From assembly GCA_035315185.1 (NCBI GenBank), contig DATFYE010000027.1, positions 4,021 through 68,020 of the forward strand: a DNA stretch of 64,000 nucleotides, given 5' to 3'. Shown here in pieces: positions 9,647 to 19,400 of this stretch; the first letter of the stretch is position 1, and each line of letters opens with the position of its first letter. Made by a program: the position numbers and the translations under genes. The notes beneath the pieces were generated by a model. That model saw nothing but the letters and a program-made list of their open reading frames with translations. It had not been told where the DNA came from and made no database searches. Source of the DNA: Syntrophorhabdales bacterium (lineage in GTDB: Bacteria > Desulfobacterota > Syntrophorhabdia > Syntrophorhabdales > WCHB1-27).

Positions 9647-9688
9647 AACAGGGTCAAGGGACAAAGGCTAACGGTCAAGGTGAGACAT
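9647..9688. repeat. Degenerate heptanucleotide tandem array (6 units)
   Basis: AACAGGG TCAAGGG ACAAAGG CTAACGG TCAAGGT GAGACAT. It shares 14 of 15 nt (TCAAGGGACAAAGGC) with the array at 61096-61110. Confidence 0.6.
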
Positions 9689-9718
9689 GCCGAAGGGCCC
9701 CTTTGCGGGCCCTTCGGC
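9689..9718. terminator. Bidirectional hairpin terminator between convergent genes
   Basis: Perfect 12-bp stem GCCGAAGGGCCC / GGGCCCTTCGGC with loop CTTTGC, between the dsbA-like stop (9646) and the AKR stop (9721). Confidence 0.65.
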
Positions 9719-9720
9719 CT

Positions 9721-10770
9721 TCATTTCGCGAGATTGTCGTACCACTCAAGGTTCTTCTTGATTAGCTCAGGGATCGGCAGTTGATAAGGGCAGCGGGACA
9801 TACATTCCCCGCATGCTGAGCAGTTCCTCGCCCTTTCTATCATATCCTTCATCCACTTCAGCTCCTGTACCTGGTTGCCGAACCGCTTGATGGTAGTTTT
9901 CAGCCCTATCAGAAACTGAATGCGAATCTTTTCCGAACAAGGCTGGCAGTAATCGCATCGCCTGCAGAAGACACGGTCGAATTGCTTTCGTATGTCTTCA
10001 ATACGCTCCTTATCGTGCTCGGTGAGGGCGCCGCCTTCCTGGAATATTTTCCAGTTTTCACGGGCCCGTTCCAAAGTCTCGGTGCCCGGAATCGGCACGA
10101 TGTCTTCTTCCCCCAACACGTATCTGAGCGCAGGCCCCGCTTCTTCGATGACCCCGCCCGAGAAGGCCTTCATGGTCAGTATACCGATATCCTTTTTCCG
10201 GGCCGCAGGGAAGACTTTCTTTGCCGCACCCGGTTCCAGGAAACTGTAGCAGGCCATAATGACGTCAAAATGGCCTTCTTCGATGACCCGCTCCAGGAGA
10301 TCGAGGCTGTGGCTGGAGATGGCGATGTGATCGATCAAACCTTCATCTCGTGCACGCTGAAGCCCTTCGTAACCGCCTCCCGGAGCCATGACCTGCTCAT
10401 ACTCTTCATGTTTGGAAATGTTGTGAAGGTGATAGATGTGGACTTTGGCCGCCTGTAACTGTTTAAGGCTTTCACGCACATCATCATAGATCTTCGCTGT
10501 CTTTATCTGTGATTTTGAGGAAAGGATGACGGGTCTATCTACCTCACGCAGCGCCAGCCCGATCTTATGCTCGCTGTCCGTATAGGATCGTGCCGTATCC
10601 AGGAGATCCACTCCCATCTCAAGCACCGCCCTTATAACGGGGACTGCCTCCTGCTCACTGACCCGTTGTATGGGAATCCCACCCCACCCTATCTTTGTTA
10701 CGATCAAATCAGTCCTGCCGAGCCTTACCTTTTCCACACTCGCAACTCCTCTCCTACCAATATCTGGCAT
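9721..10770 (-). CDS. Aldo/keto reductase with C-terminal Fe-S cluster domain
   Basis: 349 aa. AKR core plus C-terminal CRRCDYCQPC and CSACGECMSRCP motifs. Confidence 0.8.
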   Translation of the reverse strand: MPDIGRRGVASVEKVRLGRTDLIVTKIGWGGIPIQRVSEQEAVPVIRAVLEMGVDLLDTARSYTDSEHKIGLALREVDRPVILSSKSQIKTAKIYDDVRESLKQLQAAKVHIYHLHNISKHEEYEQVMAPGGGYEGLQRARDEGLIDHIAISSHSLDLLERVIEEGHFDVIMACYSFLEPGAAKKVFPAARKKDIGILTMKAFSGGVIEEAGPALRYVLGEEDIVPIPGTETLERARENWKIFQEGGALTEHDKERIEDIRKQFDRVFCRRCDYCQPCSEKIRIQFLIGLKTTIKRFGNQVQELKWMKDMIERARNCSACGECMSRCPYQLPIPELIKKNLEWYDNLAK

Positions 10771-10787
10771 GTGATCTCATTATATAG

Positions 10788-10819
10788 CACCTTGCCTTCG
10801 CTTCATGCAAGGCAAGGTG
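10788..10819. other. Perfect 11-bp-stem hairpin in a divergent intergenic region
   Basis: CACCTTGCCTT-(10 nt)-AAGGCAAGGTG lies 18 nt upstream of the AKR start and ~100 nt upstream of the GT2 start. Confidence 0.4.
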
Positions 10820-10915
10820 AATGCAAGGTATTGAATTAATCTCGCCCTGGACTTACGTTACTATAGCTGTTGCAATAACTGCCCGTACAGGCAAATCGAA
10901 CCGGAGATCAAGAGT

Positions 10916-12289
10916 ATGGCACAGCTGATGCCCCTAACTGATAGTGGCGCGGACGAAGACGCCCTTCAACCGATTGAAAGCGCTCCTCGAGCTGGCTTGC
11001 TGGACTGGATGCTGCGGGGCGGGATTCTGCTCGGCCTTGCATTCATCGTTTATGCAACCGTTGTCGGGCGCCTGTTTCATCCCCTGCTGCGCGCCGCCGG
11101 GACCGAATCCTGGGCTAGGGTCATAATACGCCCCAGCCTGCTCTGGGCCATGATGGGCTCCTTGCTTCTGGTGTTTCGGACAGTGCTCTGGTTCCTGTAT
11201 CGACCCTTCGCATCGGCTCGTTTAGAAGATGCGCCGTCGATGACCGTCATCATTCCCGCATACAACGAAGGTGCAATGGTAAGGAAATCAATCGACTCGG
11301 TTGTGTCGGCACGTTACCCGCATGATCGGTTGGAGATTCTTGCGGTCGATGATGGAAGCACAGACGACACGTGGGATTATATCCGGGGAGCCACCAGCCA
11401 GCACCCCGGCTTAGTCACCGCGGTTCGATTTCGACAAAACCGTGGTAAGCGAGCGGCCCTCGAAGCCGGCTTTCGGAGGGCACGGGGAAAGATCGTCGTG
11501 ACGATCGACTCGGACAGCGTCATTGAACCAGGGACTCTGCTTGCCATGGCGGGTCCTTTTCGGGACTCCAGGATAGGTGCAGTTGCCGGCAAGGTGGTTG
11601 TCTACAACCGCTCTCAGGGTCTGATTCCGAAGATGCTGCAGGTGCGCTTCATATTGTCCTTTGATTTTCTGCGTGCCATACAGTCGGGTTACCGCACGGT
11701 TTACTGTTGTCCGGGAGCGCTCTCCGGATATCGCGTCTCAGTTGTTCGACAGGTGCTGGATGCCTGGGTCGATCAGACATTCATGCACACCCCATGCACT
11801 TACGGTGAAGACCGGGCCCTGACAAACTTTATTCTGGAACAAGGATTTGATGCCGTCTACCAGCGCTCTGCTGTTGTCCACACCATCGTTCCCTGGACCT
11901 ACCAGAAGCTGTGCAGGATGTATCTACGCTGGGATAGAAGCTACGTGCGTGAGGAGATACGCTTCGCGCGGATCGTTTGGAAGAGGCCTTTCAAGGCCTG
12001 CCTGATTGCCTTTTTCGACAAACTGATAACGAACCTTCGCTTCCCCGTCGCTTACGCGAGCCTTCTTCTGCTGGTGATGCATTCCATACAGGACCCGGCC
12101 AGCATCATCCGGCTATTCTTTGCAATCGGCCTGGTGTCATCTTTGAATATGCTTTACTACCTGCACAGCGAGCGATCATGGGATTTTCTGTACGGGATCT
12201 TTTACGCGTTCTTCTCTTTCTTTACCCTGTTCTGGATATTTCCTTATGCAGCCGCAACTGTTCGGTCTCGCGCCTGGATGACGCGTTAA
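10916..12289 (+). CDS. Membrane-bound processive family-2 glycosyltransferase
   Basis: 457 aa. VIIPAYNEG, DDGSTDDT, TIDSDS, GEDRALT and LRWDRS motifs, flanked by N- and C-terminal TM helices. Confidence 0.8.
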   Translation: MAQLMPLTDSGADEDALQPIESAPRAGLLDWMLRGGILLGLAFIVYATVVGRLFHPLLRAAGTESWARVIIRPSLLWAMMGSLLLVFRTVLWFLYRPFASARLEDAPSMTVIIPAYNEGAMVRKSIDSVVSARYPHDRLEILAVDDGSTDDTWDYIRGATSQHPGLVTAVRFRQNRGKRAALEAGFRRARGKIVVTIDSDSVIEPGTLLAMAGPFRDSRIGAVAGKVVVYNRSQGLIPKMLQVRFILSFDFLRAIQSGYRTVYCCPGALSGYRVSVVRQVLDAWVDQTFMHTPCTYGEDRALTNFILEQGFDAVYQRSAVVHTIVPWTYQKLCRMYLRWDRSYVREEIRFARIVWKRPFKACLIAFFDKLITNLRFPVAYASLLLLVMHSIQDPASIIRLFFAIGLVSSLNMLYYLHSERSWDFLYGIFYAFFSFFTLFWIFPYAAATVRSRAWMTR

Positions 12290-12393
12290 CAGGCGGGGCC
12301 CTGTTGATGCCTCGGATTGCAACTCCTTGTTTTGGGCCCTGTAATCAATACGAAGGCTCCACGAGGTCTGCAGATCAGACGAAGGGGGTACCT

Positions 12394-13896
12394 ATGAATC
12401 GTATAGCACTGACGCTTTCAGCTGTCGTACTGTTTCTTCTTTGCATCCCTGGAGTTTATGCAGAGGAAAAAGACAAGGCCTCTTCTTCCGCGCCTCTGAG
12501 CGAAGGGACAAAAGCCTGTCTCGACTGCCACAAGGACCTTCACCCAGGCCTTGTGCGGGACTGGCTTGCAAGCAGACATGCGCAGGTCGTTCCCGGTGTG
12601 GCCATAAAAAAGGCTGAGATGGAAAGGAGGATATCAGCGAAGTCGATTCCTGAGGCGCTACAAAGTGTGGCTGTCGGATGCTACGAGTGCCATACTTTGA
12701 ATCCTGCAGCACATAAGGACAATTTCGAGCATGCTGGTTACAAGATCAACGTTGTCGTCTCTCCCAACGACTGCAGAACGTGCCATTCCATTGAGGCGGA
12801 GCAGTACAGCGAGAGTACAAAGGCCTACGCGTTGGCCAATCTTGACAATAATCCCGTTTTCAAGACCCTTGTCGAGACTATTGATGGAAGCAAGGGGCTT
12901 AAGAACAAGAAGTTAGTCACTTCAAAACCATCGGACACCACCAAAAACGATACGTGCTACGCGTGCCACGGTACTGAGGTCGTCGTGAAGGGTTTCAAAA
13001 CGGTCTCGACGGACGTTGGCGACATGCAATTCCCGGAACTTCTCAACTGGCCGAATCAAGGTGTGGGAAGGATAAATCCGGATGGAAGCTTCGGGGCGTG
13101 CACGTCCTGTCACCCGAGGCACAGGTTCGCAATCAGCGTTGCACGAAAGCCATACACATGTTCTCAGTGCCATGTCGAACCCGATGTCCCGGCTTGGAAC
13201 GTCTATCGCGAAAGTAAACATGGTAACATCTTCTTCTCCGTCGAACGGGAGTGGGCTTTCGAGAACGTGCCCTGGGTCCCGGGCAGAGACTTTACTGCGC
13301 CCACCTGTGCCACCTGTCACAATAGTCTCCTCTCCACCGCCGATGGGACAACCATCGCCGAGAGAAATCACAATTTCGGATCAAGGCCATGGGCCCGCAT
13401 CTTTGGCCTCATCTATGCTCATCCACAGCCAAAAAGCGGTAAGACGTATCTCATCAAGAACAAGGACGGACTGCCACTGCCGACCACCTTCGCCGGAGAG
13501 CTGGCCTCCGATTATCTGATCGACAAGGAGGAGCAGATCAAGCGACTGGGCCGGATGAAGAGGATATGCCAGTCCTGTCACGCGAGCGGCTTCACCGACG
13601 GCCACTTCACGAAGTTCGCCGCTTCCATAGAAGAGGCTGACCAGATGGTAAAGGCGGCGACTCTTCTCCTGCAAAGCGCCTGGGACGCCGGGCTGGCCGA
13701 CAAATCGAACCCGTTTGATGAAGCAATCGAACAGAAATGGGTCAAACAGTGGCTCTTTTATGCAAACTCTGTCCGGTTTGGCTCGGCTATGATGGGGCCT
13801 GGCTACACTACTTTCGAACACGGCTGGTGGGATTTAACAAATAACCTTGCGGAAATGACTGACCTCATCAAACTGGAGAAGGGGAAGGGCAAATAG
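12394..13896 (+). CDS. Secreted octaheme c-type cytochrome, hydroxylamine-oxidoreductase (HAO)-like family
   Basis: Eight CxxCH motifs (CLDCH, CYECH, CRTCH, CYACH, CTSCH, CSQCH, CATCH, CQSCH). Signal peptide MNRIALTLSAVVLFLLCIPGVYA. RBS GAAGGGGG. The ORF-track start at 11977 is an artefactual extension into the GT2 gene. Confidence 0.8.
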   Translation: MNRIALTLSAVVLFLLCIPGVYAEEKDKASSSAPLSEGTKACLDCHKDLHPGLVRDWLASRHAQVVPGVAIKKAEMERRISAKSIPEALQSVAVGCYECHTLNPAAHKDNFEHAGYKINVVVSPNDCRTCHSIEAEQYSESTKAYALANLDNNPVFKTLVETIDGSKGLKNKKLVTSKPSDTTKNDTCYACHGTEVVVKGFKTVSTDVGDMQFPELLNWPNQGVGRINPDGSFGACTSCHPRHRFAISVARKPYTCSQCHVEPDVPAWNVYRESKHGNIFFSVEREWAFENVPWVPGRDFTAPTCATCHNSLLSTADGTTIAERNHNFGSRPWARIFGLIYAHPQPKSGKTYLIKNKDGLPLPTTFAGELASDYLIDKEEQIKRLGRMKRICQSCHASGFTDGHFTKFAASIEEADQMVKAATLLLQSAWDAGLADKSNPFDEAIEQKWVKQWLFYANSVRFGSAMMGPGYTTFEHGWWDLTNNLAEMTDLIKLEKGKGK

Positions 13897-14019
13897 AGCG
13901 GCCTTCCTTTTCCGTGCTATAATGGATAAACTTGTGGCCCTGCTTTTATCGCGACAGGAATGGCGCAAGGCTGGTCAAGAAGGTCCCGGTAAGGCCTCAT
14001 CGAGGCGAAAGGAGATCAC

Positions 14020-14304
14020 ATGGCTATCCTCTTTTTTGCAGTACTTATTATCGCGGCCGCAGTCATATTTTCAACCCAGAACAGCGCCGCCGTTACCCTC
14101 TCATTCATCACGTGGCGCTTCAGTGCATCGCTGGCGATCGTCGTATTTCTGGCCGTGCTGGCAGGCATGGTGATCATGGGTCTCTTATGGATGGGCGCGA
14201 GCTTCAAGAAAAGCATGAAGAAGGGGATCAAGCCTTCGGATGCCACCATAGCAACCAGGAATGGATCGCCGGTTAAAGATAAAGAAGCGGTCAAAGGTCC
14301 GTAA
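14020..14304 (+). CDS. LapA/DUF1049-family small inner-membrane protein
   Basis: 94 aa with two TM helices; FSTQNSAAVTLSFITWRF motif. Confidence 0.55.
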   Translation: MAILFFAVLIIAAAVIFSTQNSAAVTLSFITWRFSASLAIVVFLAVLAGMVIMGLLWMGASFKKSMKKGIKPSDATIATRNGSPVKDKEAVKGP

Positions 14305-14334
14305 AGATATCCAGTCCGTGTTGGCGCACCGCAA

Positions 14335-15018
14335 GTGGATCAGTACGTATGTATCGTCATATTCGTGAGGTCTCCTGACAAGGGGAGAGTAAAAACGCGG
14401 TTGACATCAGTTCTCGACGAGGACACGGTTGTCGAGCTCTACCGCTGTTTTGTGCTTGACCTTCTTCGGATATTAAGCCACGGCAACTTTGGTCTGCGCA
14501 TCTGTTTTTACCCGGCTGAGGCCGGGAGCAAACTGGCGGATTGGCTCGGCGAGGAGTATGTCTGCATTGCTCAACAGGGGAAAGACCTTGGTGAGCGGAT
14601 GGAGAATGCGTTTCACGCTGCCTTCGCCGAAGGCTTCCGAAAGGTACTCATCATCGGCAGCGACAGTCCGGATCTGCCGGGTGAACTATTTGAAGAAGCC
14701 ATCAACGCGCTTGCATCAAAAGATGCTGTAATAGGTCCCGCAATAGACGGCGGTTACTATCTCATTGGTTTTAACTCCGATCGATTCCTGACAGAGGTTT
14801 TTTTTAGAAGTATCGACTGGGGAACGTCTACTGTATTCCAACAGACCATGGGTGTGCTGAGCAGGCATGGTTATGATGTGCACGTGCTTCCTCAGTGGCG
14901 TGATATCGACACTTACGATGATCTAATAGCGTTCCGGCGCAACCATGAGCTGACGCCGGCCGGACAACTGCTCACCTTGGACTACTTGAGATCGGCTGGC
15001 GGGATGCGGAATGAGTAG
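14335..15018 (+). CDS. DUF2064 / TIGR04282-type transferase (rSAM/selenodomain-associated transferase 1)
   Basis: 227 aa. VRSPDKGRVKTRL, IIGSDSPDLP and DGGYYLIG motifs. It overlaps the next gene by 8 nt. Confidence 0.7.
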   Translation: MDQYVCIVIFVRSPDKGRVKTRLTSVLDEDTVVELYRCFVLDLLRILSHGNFGLRICFYPAEAGSKLADWLGEEYVCIAQQGKDLGERMENAFHAAFAEGFRKVLIIGSDSPDLPGELFEEAINALASKDAVIGPAIDGGYYLIGFNSDRFLTEVFFRSIDWGTSTVFQQTMGVLSRHGYDVHVLPQWRDIDTYDDLIAFRRNHELTPAGQLLTLDYLRSAGGMRNE

Positions 15019-15721
15019 CCCGTGTAATATCTCAATTGTGATTCCCGTTTTCCACGAAGAAAAGGTGATCAATAAAGCTGTGGATGCTTTGCGCAGGCTG
15101 CCTTTTGAGGGCCGATTAGAGATTATTGTGGTGGACGGAGACCCGGGAGAACAAACACTGGTAGCGATAAGCGACTCTCGTGTGATTAAAGCGCGCTCAG
15201 AGAAGGGCCGGGGCAAACAGATGAACGCGGGGGCGATGCTCGCGAGCGGTGAGGTTTTGCTCTTTCTCCATGTGGACACGGAACTACCGCCGGACGGGCT
15301 CACGCAGATATGCACGGTAATGCGTGACAGAAACTATGTGGGCGGAAGCTTCGATTTGGGAATAGGCTCAGATAGGTTCTGTTTCAGATTGATTGAGCGG
15401 GCCGCGTCGCTGCGCTCGCGGATAACAAAGATGCCTTACGGCGACCAGGGTATCTTTTTGAGAAGAGAATCTTTCTTCGATCTGGGCGGATTCCGGGAGT
15501 TACCGCTGATGGAGGACGTAGACCTCATGCGTCGCGTGAAACAGTCAGGAAAAAAGATCCACATTATAGCCCGGAAGATTAAGACGTCTGCACGGCGATG
15601 GGAAAAGGAGGGCGTGGTTTACTGTACCTTCAGAAACTGGATGTTGATCCTTCTTTATCTGCTCGGAGTCTCACCTCGGCGCCTGGCGCGGCTGTACCCA
15701 GACCACAGCAGGATCAGGTAA
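15011..15721 (+). CDS. GT2 / TIGR04283-type transferase (rSAM/selenodomain-associated transferase 2)
   Basis: 236 aa. SIVIPVFHEE, VVDGD, RGKQMNAGA and PYGDQGIFLRRESFFDLGGFRELPLMEDVDLMRR motifs. Confidence 0.7.
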   Translation: MSSPCNISIVIPVFHEEKVINKAVDALRRLPFEGRLEIIVVDGDPGEQTLVAISDSRVIKARSEKGRGKQMNAGAMLASGEVLLFLHVDTELPPDGLTQICTVMRDRNYVGGSFDLGIGSDRFCFRLIERAASLRSRITKMPYGDQGIFLRRESFFDLGGFRELPLMEDVDLMRRVKQSGKKIHIIARKIKTSARRWEKEGVVYCTFRNWMLILLYLLGVSPRRLARLYPDHSRIR

Positions 15722-15742
15722 AAACAAGAACGCTACCCGTGC

Positions 15743-16051
15743 CTATTCGACGTAGCCTATCGGGCGCCGGAACGTATACTCGAAGGGCTCAGTGATCAGA
15801 TGGTCGCCCACCTCAGCACCTGCTCCGGTGGTAGCCGCAAAGGGAAAAGCCACAATACTGGCCGCGACACCAACAGCGCACGCCGCAATGCCCATGGGGC
15901 GAAGTATAAGCAGATCGAAGAGCACGTTGTCCACGGGGATGTCTCCCCTCTCCTGCACGGCATACCTGGTTGTGGTGCCCGCATGTGCCGGTATTTGGAC
16001 AAGACTGACTGCCAGGAGCACGAGTAACCCGATTACGATCCGTTTCTTCAT
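15743..16051 (-). CDS. Small exported or membrane protein, unknown function
   Basis: Start at MKKRIVIGLLVLLAVSLVQIPAHA (signal peptide) with an AGGAGG RBS. It has an ATGA overlap with the upstream HAD gene. Confidence 0.5.
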   Translation of the reverse strand: MKKRIVIGLLVLLAVSLVQIPAHAGTTTRYAVQERGDIPVDNVLFDLLILRPMGIAACAVGVAASIVAFPFAATTGAGAEVGDHLITEPFEYTFRRPIGYVE

Positions 16052-16644
16052 ATATTTTCCTCCTTTATCGCTTTTCTGAAATTCTCCACATTCGTAAAAC
16101 GAAGCGTTTTCCATCCCCGAGCCTGCGCTCTTTCCAAATTCTCAGGCGTGTCATCCACGAAGAGTATCTCCTGGGGTTTTACCCCGAGCTGCCCGGCTAC
16201 GTCGTCAAAAAGAGTTGCATCCCTTTTACTTCTTTTCAAGTTGAAAGAGTTGAAAATACGATCGAAGTGCTGATAAAAAGGCTCTTGCTGGTTCAACTCA
16301 TCGAGCCAGTTCGTCTGATCGGTCAATAGGGCCACGGTCACTCCAGCAGCCCTGACTCTCTTAATTTCTTCGAGCATAGGGCGTCTCAGCACAAAACAAT
16401 TGAGTATTTCTCTCCGTAATTCATTATCGCCATTTCTTACGTTAGTCTTAACCCTGATTGCCTCCCAGTACCCATGTTCACTGGTCTCACCTGTTACATA
16501 CCCACTAGTGTATATCAAATTTCGTGCCACGACAAAGAATTCTTCGGGGTTGAGGCCATTATTTTTTGCTATTGCCTTAAGCCCTTCTCGGAATCCCTCG
16601 TCAGCCAGAACCCCTCCGAAGTCAAGCACGAGAGCCTTTACCAT
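16048..16644 (-). CDS. HAD-superfamily hydrolase
   Basis: 198 aa. Motif I LVLDFGGVL and motif IV FVDD. Confidence 0.75.
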   Translation of the reverse strand: MVKALVLDFGGVLADEGFREGLKAIAKNNGLNPEEFFVVARNLIYTSGYVTGETSEHGYWEAIRVKTNVRNGDNELRREILNCFVLRRPMLEEIKRVRAAGVTVALLTDQTNWLDELNQQEPFYQHFDRIFNSFNLKRSKRDATLFDDVAGQLGVKPQEILFVDDTPENLERAQARGWKTLRFTNVENFRKAIKEENI

Positions 16645-16777
16645 GGGCTAACGATAATTATAACATAGTCACGCTGCGCACAAAAAGCTAGGTAAATACA
16701 AGAACAGTCCTTACCTTAACCTTCGTCCCAGTCTTGGCCTGTTTCTTTGCAGGAAAATCTGGTAAAATAGAATCAGC

Positions 16778-17653
16778 ATGAAGATAGGCGTTTTCTCAGA
16801 CAGAGACAGGATCTTTATTGGCGGCGTCTTCAACGAGCAGGTCTTTGATTTCTCGGCAGCGTCCCTGCAGTTGGAGAAAGAGGCCCTTCCTGACCTGGGC
16901 ACAATCTTCCGGCAGGAACGCTTTGACTCCAAGCTTTTTCACCATCTGTTTATGCTCGGACAGTATCGGCAGGAGTTCTGGCTCCCCTTGGGTTTCCTTT
17001 CTTTTGTTCCGCTTTACAGGCCGGATAAGATCATCTGCCTGGGTCTTAATTACTCAGAGCATGCGCGTGAGACGGCTATCGACCTGCCCAAAGAGCCCAT
17101 TTACTTTGTCAAAGCCAATTCCGCAGTTATTGCGCACGAGCAGCCCATCATGTATCCTGATGGGTTGGGAAGAATTGACCCTGAAGCGGAGCTGGCGGTG
17201 ATTATAGGCAGGCGGGCAAAGGAAGTTACCGAAGAAGAGGCCGCGGCCTACATCGGTGGATACACGATTCTCAATGACGTGACTGCCCGAGACCTGCAAG
17301 CCAAGGACATTCAGAATAAACACCCATGGTTTCGCAGCAAAAGCCTTGATACTTTCTGCCCCATAGGGCCGTGGATTGTTACTGCCAATGAAATTCTTCC
17401 GGACGAGCCCTTAAAACTCAGCCTCAGCGTGAACGGGGAGGTAAGACAAAACTCGTCCACAAAGTACCTTGTCTTCAAGATATCCTCCCTCATTTCGACG
17501 ATATCGGCACTCATGGTTCTGGAACCCGGAGACATCATTTCTACAGGCACTCCTGAGGGGATAGCACCGATATACCCGGGAGACGTGGTGGAGATTGAAG
17601 TGGAAAAGATCGGAATATTACGTAATGGGGTGGAGAAGAAAAAGGTCTCGTGA
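16778..17653 (+). CDS. Fumarylacetoacetate hydrolase (FAH) family protein
   Basis: 291 aa. Typical FAH C-terminal domain (KIICLGLNYSEHA...EAELAVIIG...ILNDVTARDLQ...GDIISTGTPEG). Confidence 0.85.
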   Translation: MKIGVFSDRDRIFIGGVFNEQVFDFSAASLQLEKEALPDLGTIFRQERFDSKLFHHLFMLGQYRQEFWLPLGFLSFVPLYRPDKIICLGLNYSEHARETAIDLPKEPIYFVKANSAVIAHEQPIMYPDGLGRIDPEAELAVIIGRRAKEVTEEEAAAYIGGYTILNDVTARDLQAKDIQNKHPWFRSKSLDTFCPIGPWIVTANEILPDEPLKLSLSVNGEVRQNSSTKYLVFKISSLISTISALMVLEPGDIISTGTPEGIAPIYPGDVVEIEVEKIGILRNGVEKKKVS

Positions 17654-18423
17654 TGAGGTTCGTAGTAGGGGCGCTTCTCTTCCTGCTCTGTCTTCTTCCT
17701 CAACCCGCAGTACCTTTCACCGCCGATGAGATCAACGTTCTACTGCCGCGCGTAAAAGAAAGCCCTGTTGGCGACAGGATAGCCTTCTGGGCAGAGCAAT
17801 TCGTCGGGACCCCTTATGACAAGGACCCGTTGGGTGACTATGTGAGGCGGGCCCTGATAGTGGCCGACGAGCGCGTTGACTGCATGTATCTCACCTTCAG
17901 GGCCGTGGAACTGGCCCTGGCGCATAACCCTGAAGAGGCTATCGATAAAGCACTTACGATGCGCTTCCACACGCGAGGTATCTTGAAGGACGGGAAGGTG
18001 GTCAACTATGATGATCGATATCAGGACGGGATAGATATGATCAGAAGCGGGAAATACGGTGCGGAGATCACGGCCCGGCTTGGCAAGACCCGTCAGATCA
18101 CAGAGCCGGACAGCGGGGACACGATTCAATTTCTCCCCGCCGCCGAAGTGGAGCGGGGCTTAAATCTAAATTTTCTCAATACAGGTGATATTGTCTATTT
18201 CGTCGGAGACCCATCGAAGAGGGCCGTGGGAGGTCTTATTGCGCATATGGGTATCATCAAGGTTGAGCAAAAAAATGGCGGGCTTGGTCGCACTGTCTAT
18301 CTTATCCACGCTTCGGGTACGAAGAAGAGGGGCGGCTCTGTGAAGAAAGTGCTTCTGGATGAGTATCTTTCTCACATGCAGCACGCCGGGGCAAAGATTT
18401 CCCGGCTCAGCGAGGGTAAGTAG
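17650..18423 (+). CDS. Secreted DUF1460-like (amidase-like) protein
   Basis: 257 aa with a signal peptide. FVGTPYDKDPLG...RVDCMYLTFRAVELAL resembles the paralog at 42463..43212. Confidence 0.45.
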   Translation: MMRFVVGALLFLLCLLPQPAVPFTADEINVLLPRVKESPVGDRIAFWAEQFVGTPYDKDPLGDYVRRALIVADERVDCMYLTFRAVELALAHNPEEAIDKALTMRFHTRGILKDGKVVNYDDRYQDGIDMIRSGKYGAEITARLGKTRQITEPDSGDTIQFLPAAEVERGLNLNFLNTGDIVYFVGDPSKRAVGGLIAHMGIIKVEQKNGGLGRTVYLIHASGTKKRGGSVKKVLLDEYLSHMQHAGAKISRLSEGK

Positions 18424-18599
18424 CACTTACGTTAGTTGAAGGAATATTAAACGCACCTCGCAGGCCGGAATCGCGCCGGATATTGCGCCCGTGATTGCCG
18501 CCCAGCGGTGCGGGTCTAACAGCGCCGCCTCGTGTTTTCCGATTGTGTTCAAAAAGGGCCAACCCTGCTCATTACAGGACGAGACCTGCTGTGCGGACG

Positions 18600-19169
18600 T
18601 CATCGGATCTGGAAGCTGTCCACCGTCACCATGAACTCCTTTGCCGTCACAGCGTACTCAGCTTGTGGTACAGCGAGGGAAAGCACAAACAATTTGTTCC
18701 TGCTTGTATCATCGATGTAATAGCTGAGAAAAACAAAAGGCACATCATTGGGTACGTCCAGCTTCTTTCCGAACAGGGCTTCGCCGTTGCCCGACGTACT
18801 TGTAATGGCCGTTACCGCGATTTGAATGGCTTTCCTGCCGTTTATCTCCATCTCTGTTGGCGGGGAGACAATTTGAAATCCCGATGCTTCAAGCTTGGCC
18901 GCCTGCAGCTGGCCAAATTTCGGGAGGTTGATTTTTCCGGAAACCTCTACAAATTGAACACCTATACCCGATCTATTCTTAATGTAAGCGGCAAGCCAGG
19001 TGTGGCCCTTCCCGGGAGCATCGCGCGACCAACCCTCGGGCACTTTAAAGCTTATCCCGTGTTCCTTGTTGACATAGCGATCCTTGCTTTCTAGCTGGTT
19101 GCATCCGGACATAACCAAGAGAAGTATCGAAACTACACCTATCGATACCAGATGTGTACATCTACTCAT
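18600..19169 (-). CDS. Lipoprotein, unknown function
   Basis: Start at MSRCTHLV with RBS GGGGGA. Lipobox LLVMSGC. Confidence 0.5.
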   Translation of the reverse strand: MSRCTHLVSIGVVSILLLVMSGCNQLESKDRYVNKEHGISFKVPEGWSRDAPGKGHTWLAAYIKNRSGIGVQFVEVSGKINLPKFGQLQAAKLEASGFQIVSPPTEMEINGRKAIQIAVTAITSTSGNGEALFGKKLDVPNDVPFVFLSYYIDDTSRNKLFVLSLAVPQAEYAVTAKEFMVTVDSFQIR

Positions 19170-19400
19170 GTTTGTCCCCCTGCCTCTCTGGGGAGCAGAC
19201 CTCACCTACCGCCGTTTTTCAAGGTTCTTCGCTTCCTCAGCAAAAGACTTAAGGCAGCGCTTCGTCCGATGCCGGAGCACGACCTGATCCATTCGATGCT
19301 TCGTGCAGCCCACAGGCGAATACCTCATGACCCGCGTCGAACTTCATGGTTCCTCTAATCGGCTAGTTGCTGAATGGAGATTCTTTGGTTTCCATTCGGT

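Noticed and set aside
10916-12289. The GT2 gene as the missing hopanoid glycosyltransferase hpnI
   Set aside because: It lies 3 kb away on the opposite strand in a different transcription unit. Its architecture looks like a generic processive GT2, and I cannot distinguish it from HpnI without a profile search.
11977-12393. N-terminal 139 codons of the 639-aa ORF overlapping the GT2 gene
   Set aside because: The extension has no protein-like features. A signal peptide, an RBS and an ATG at 12394 give a sensible cytochrome start.
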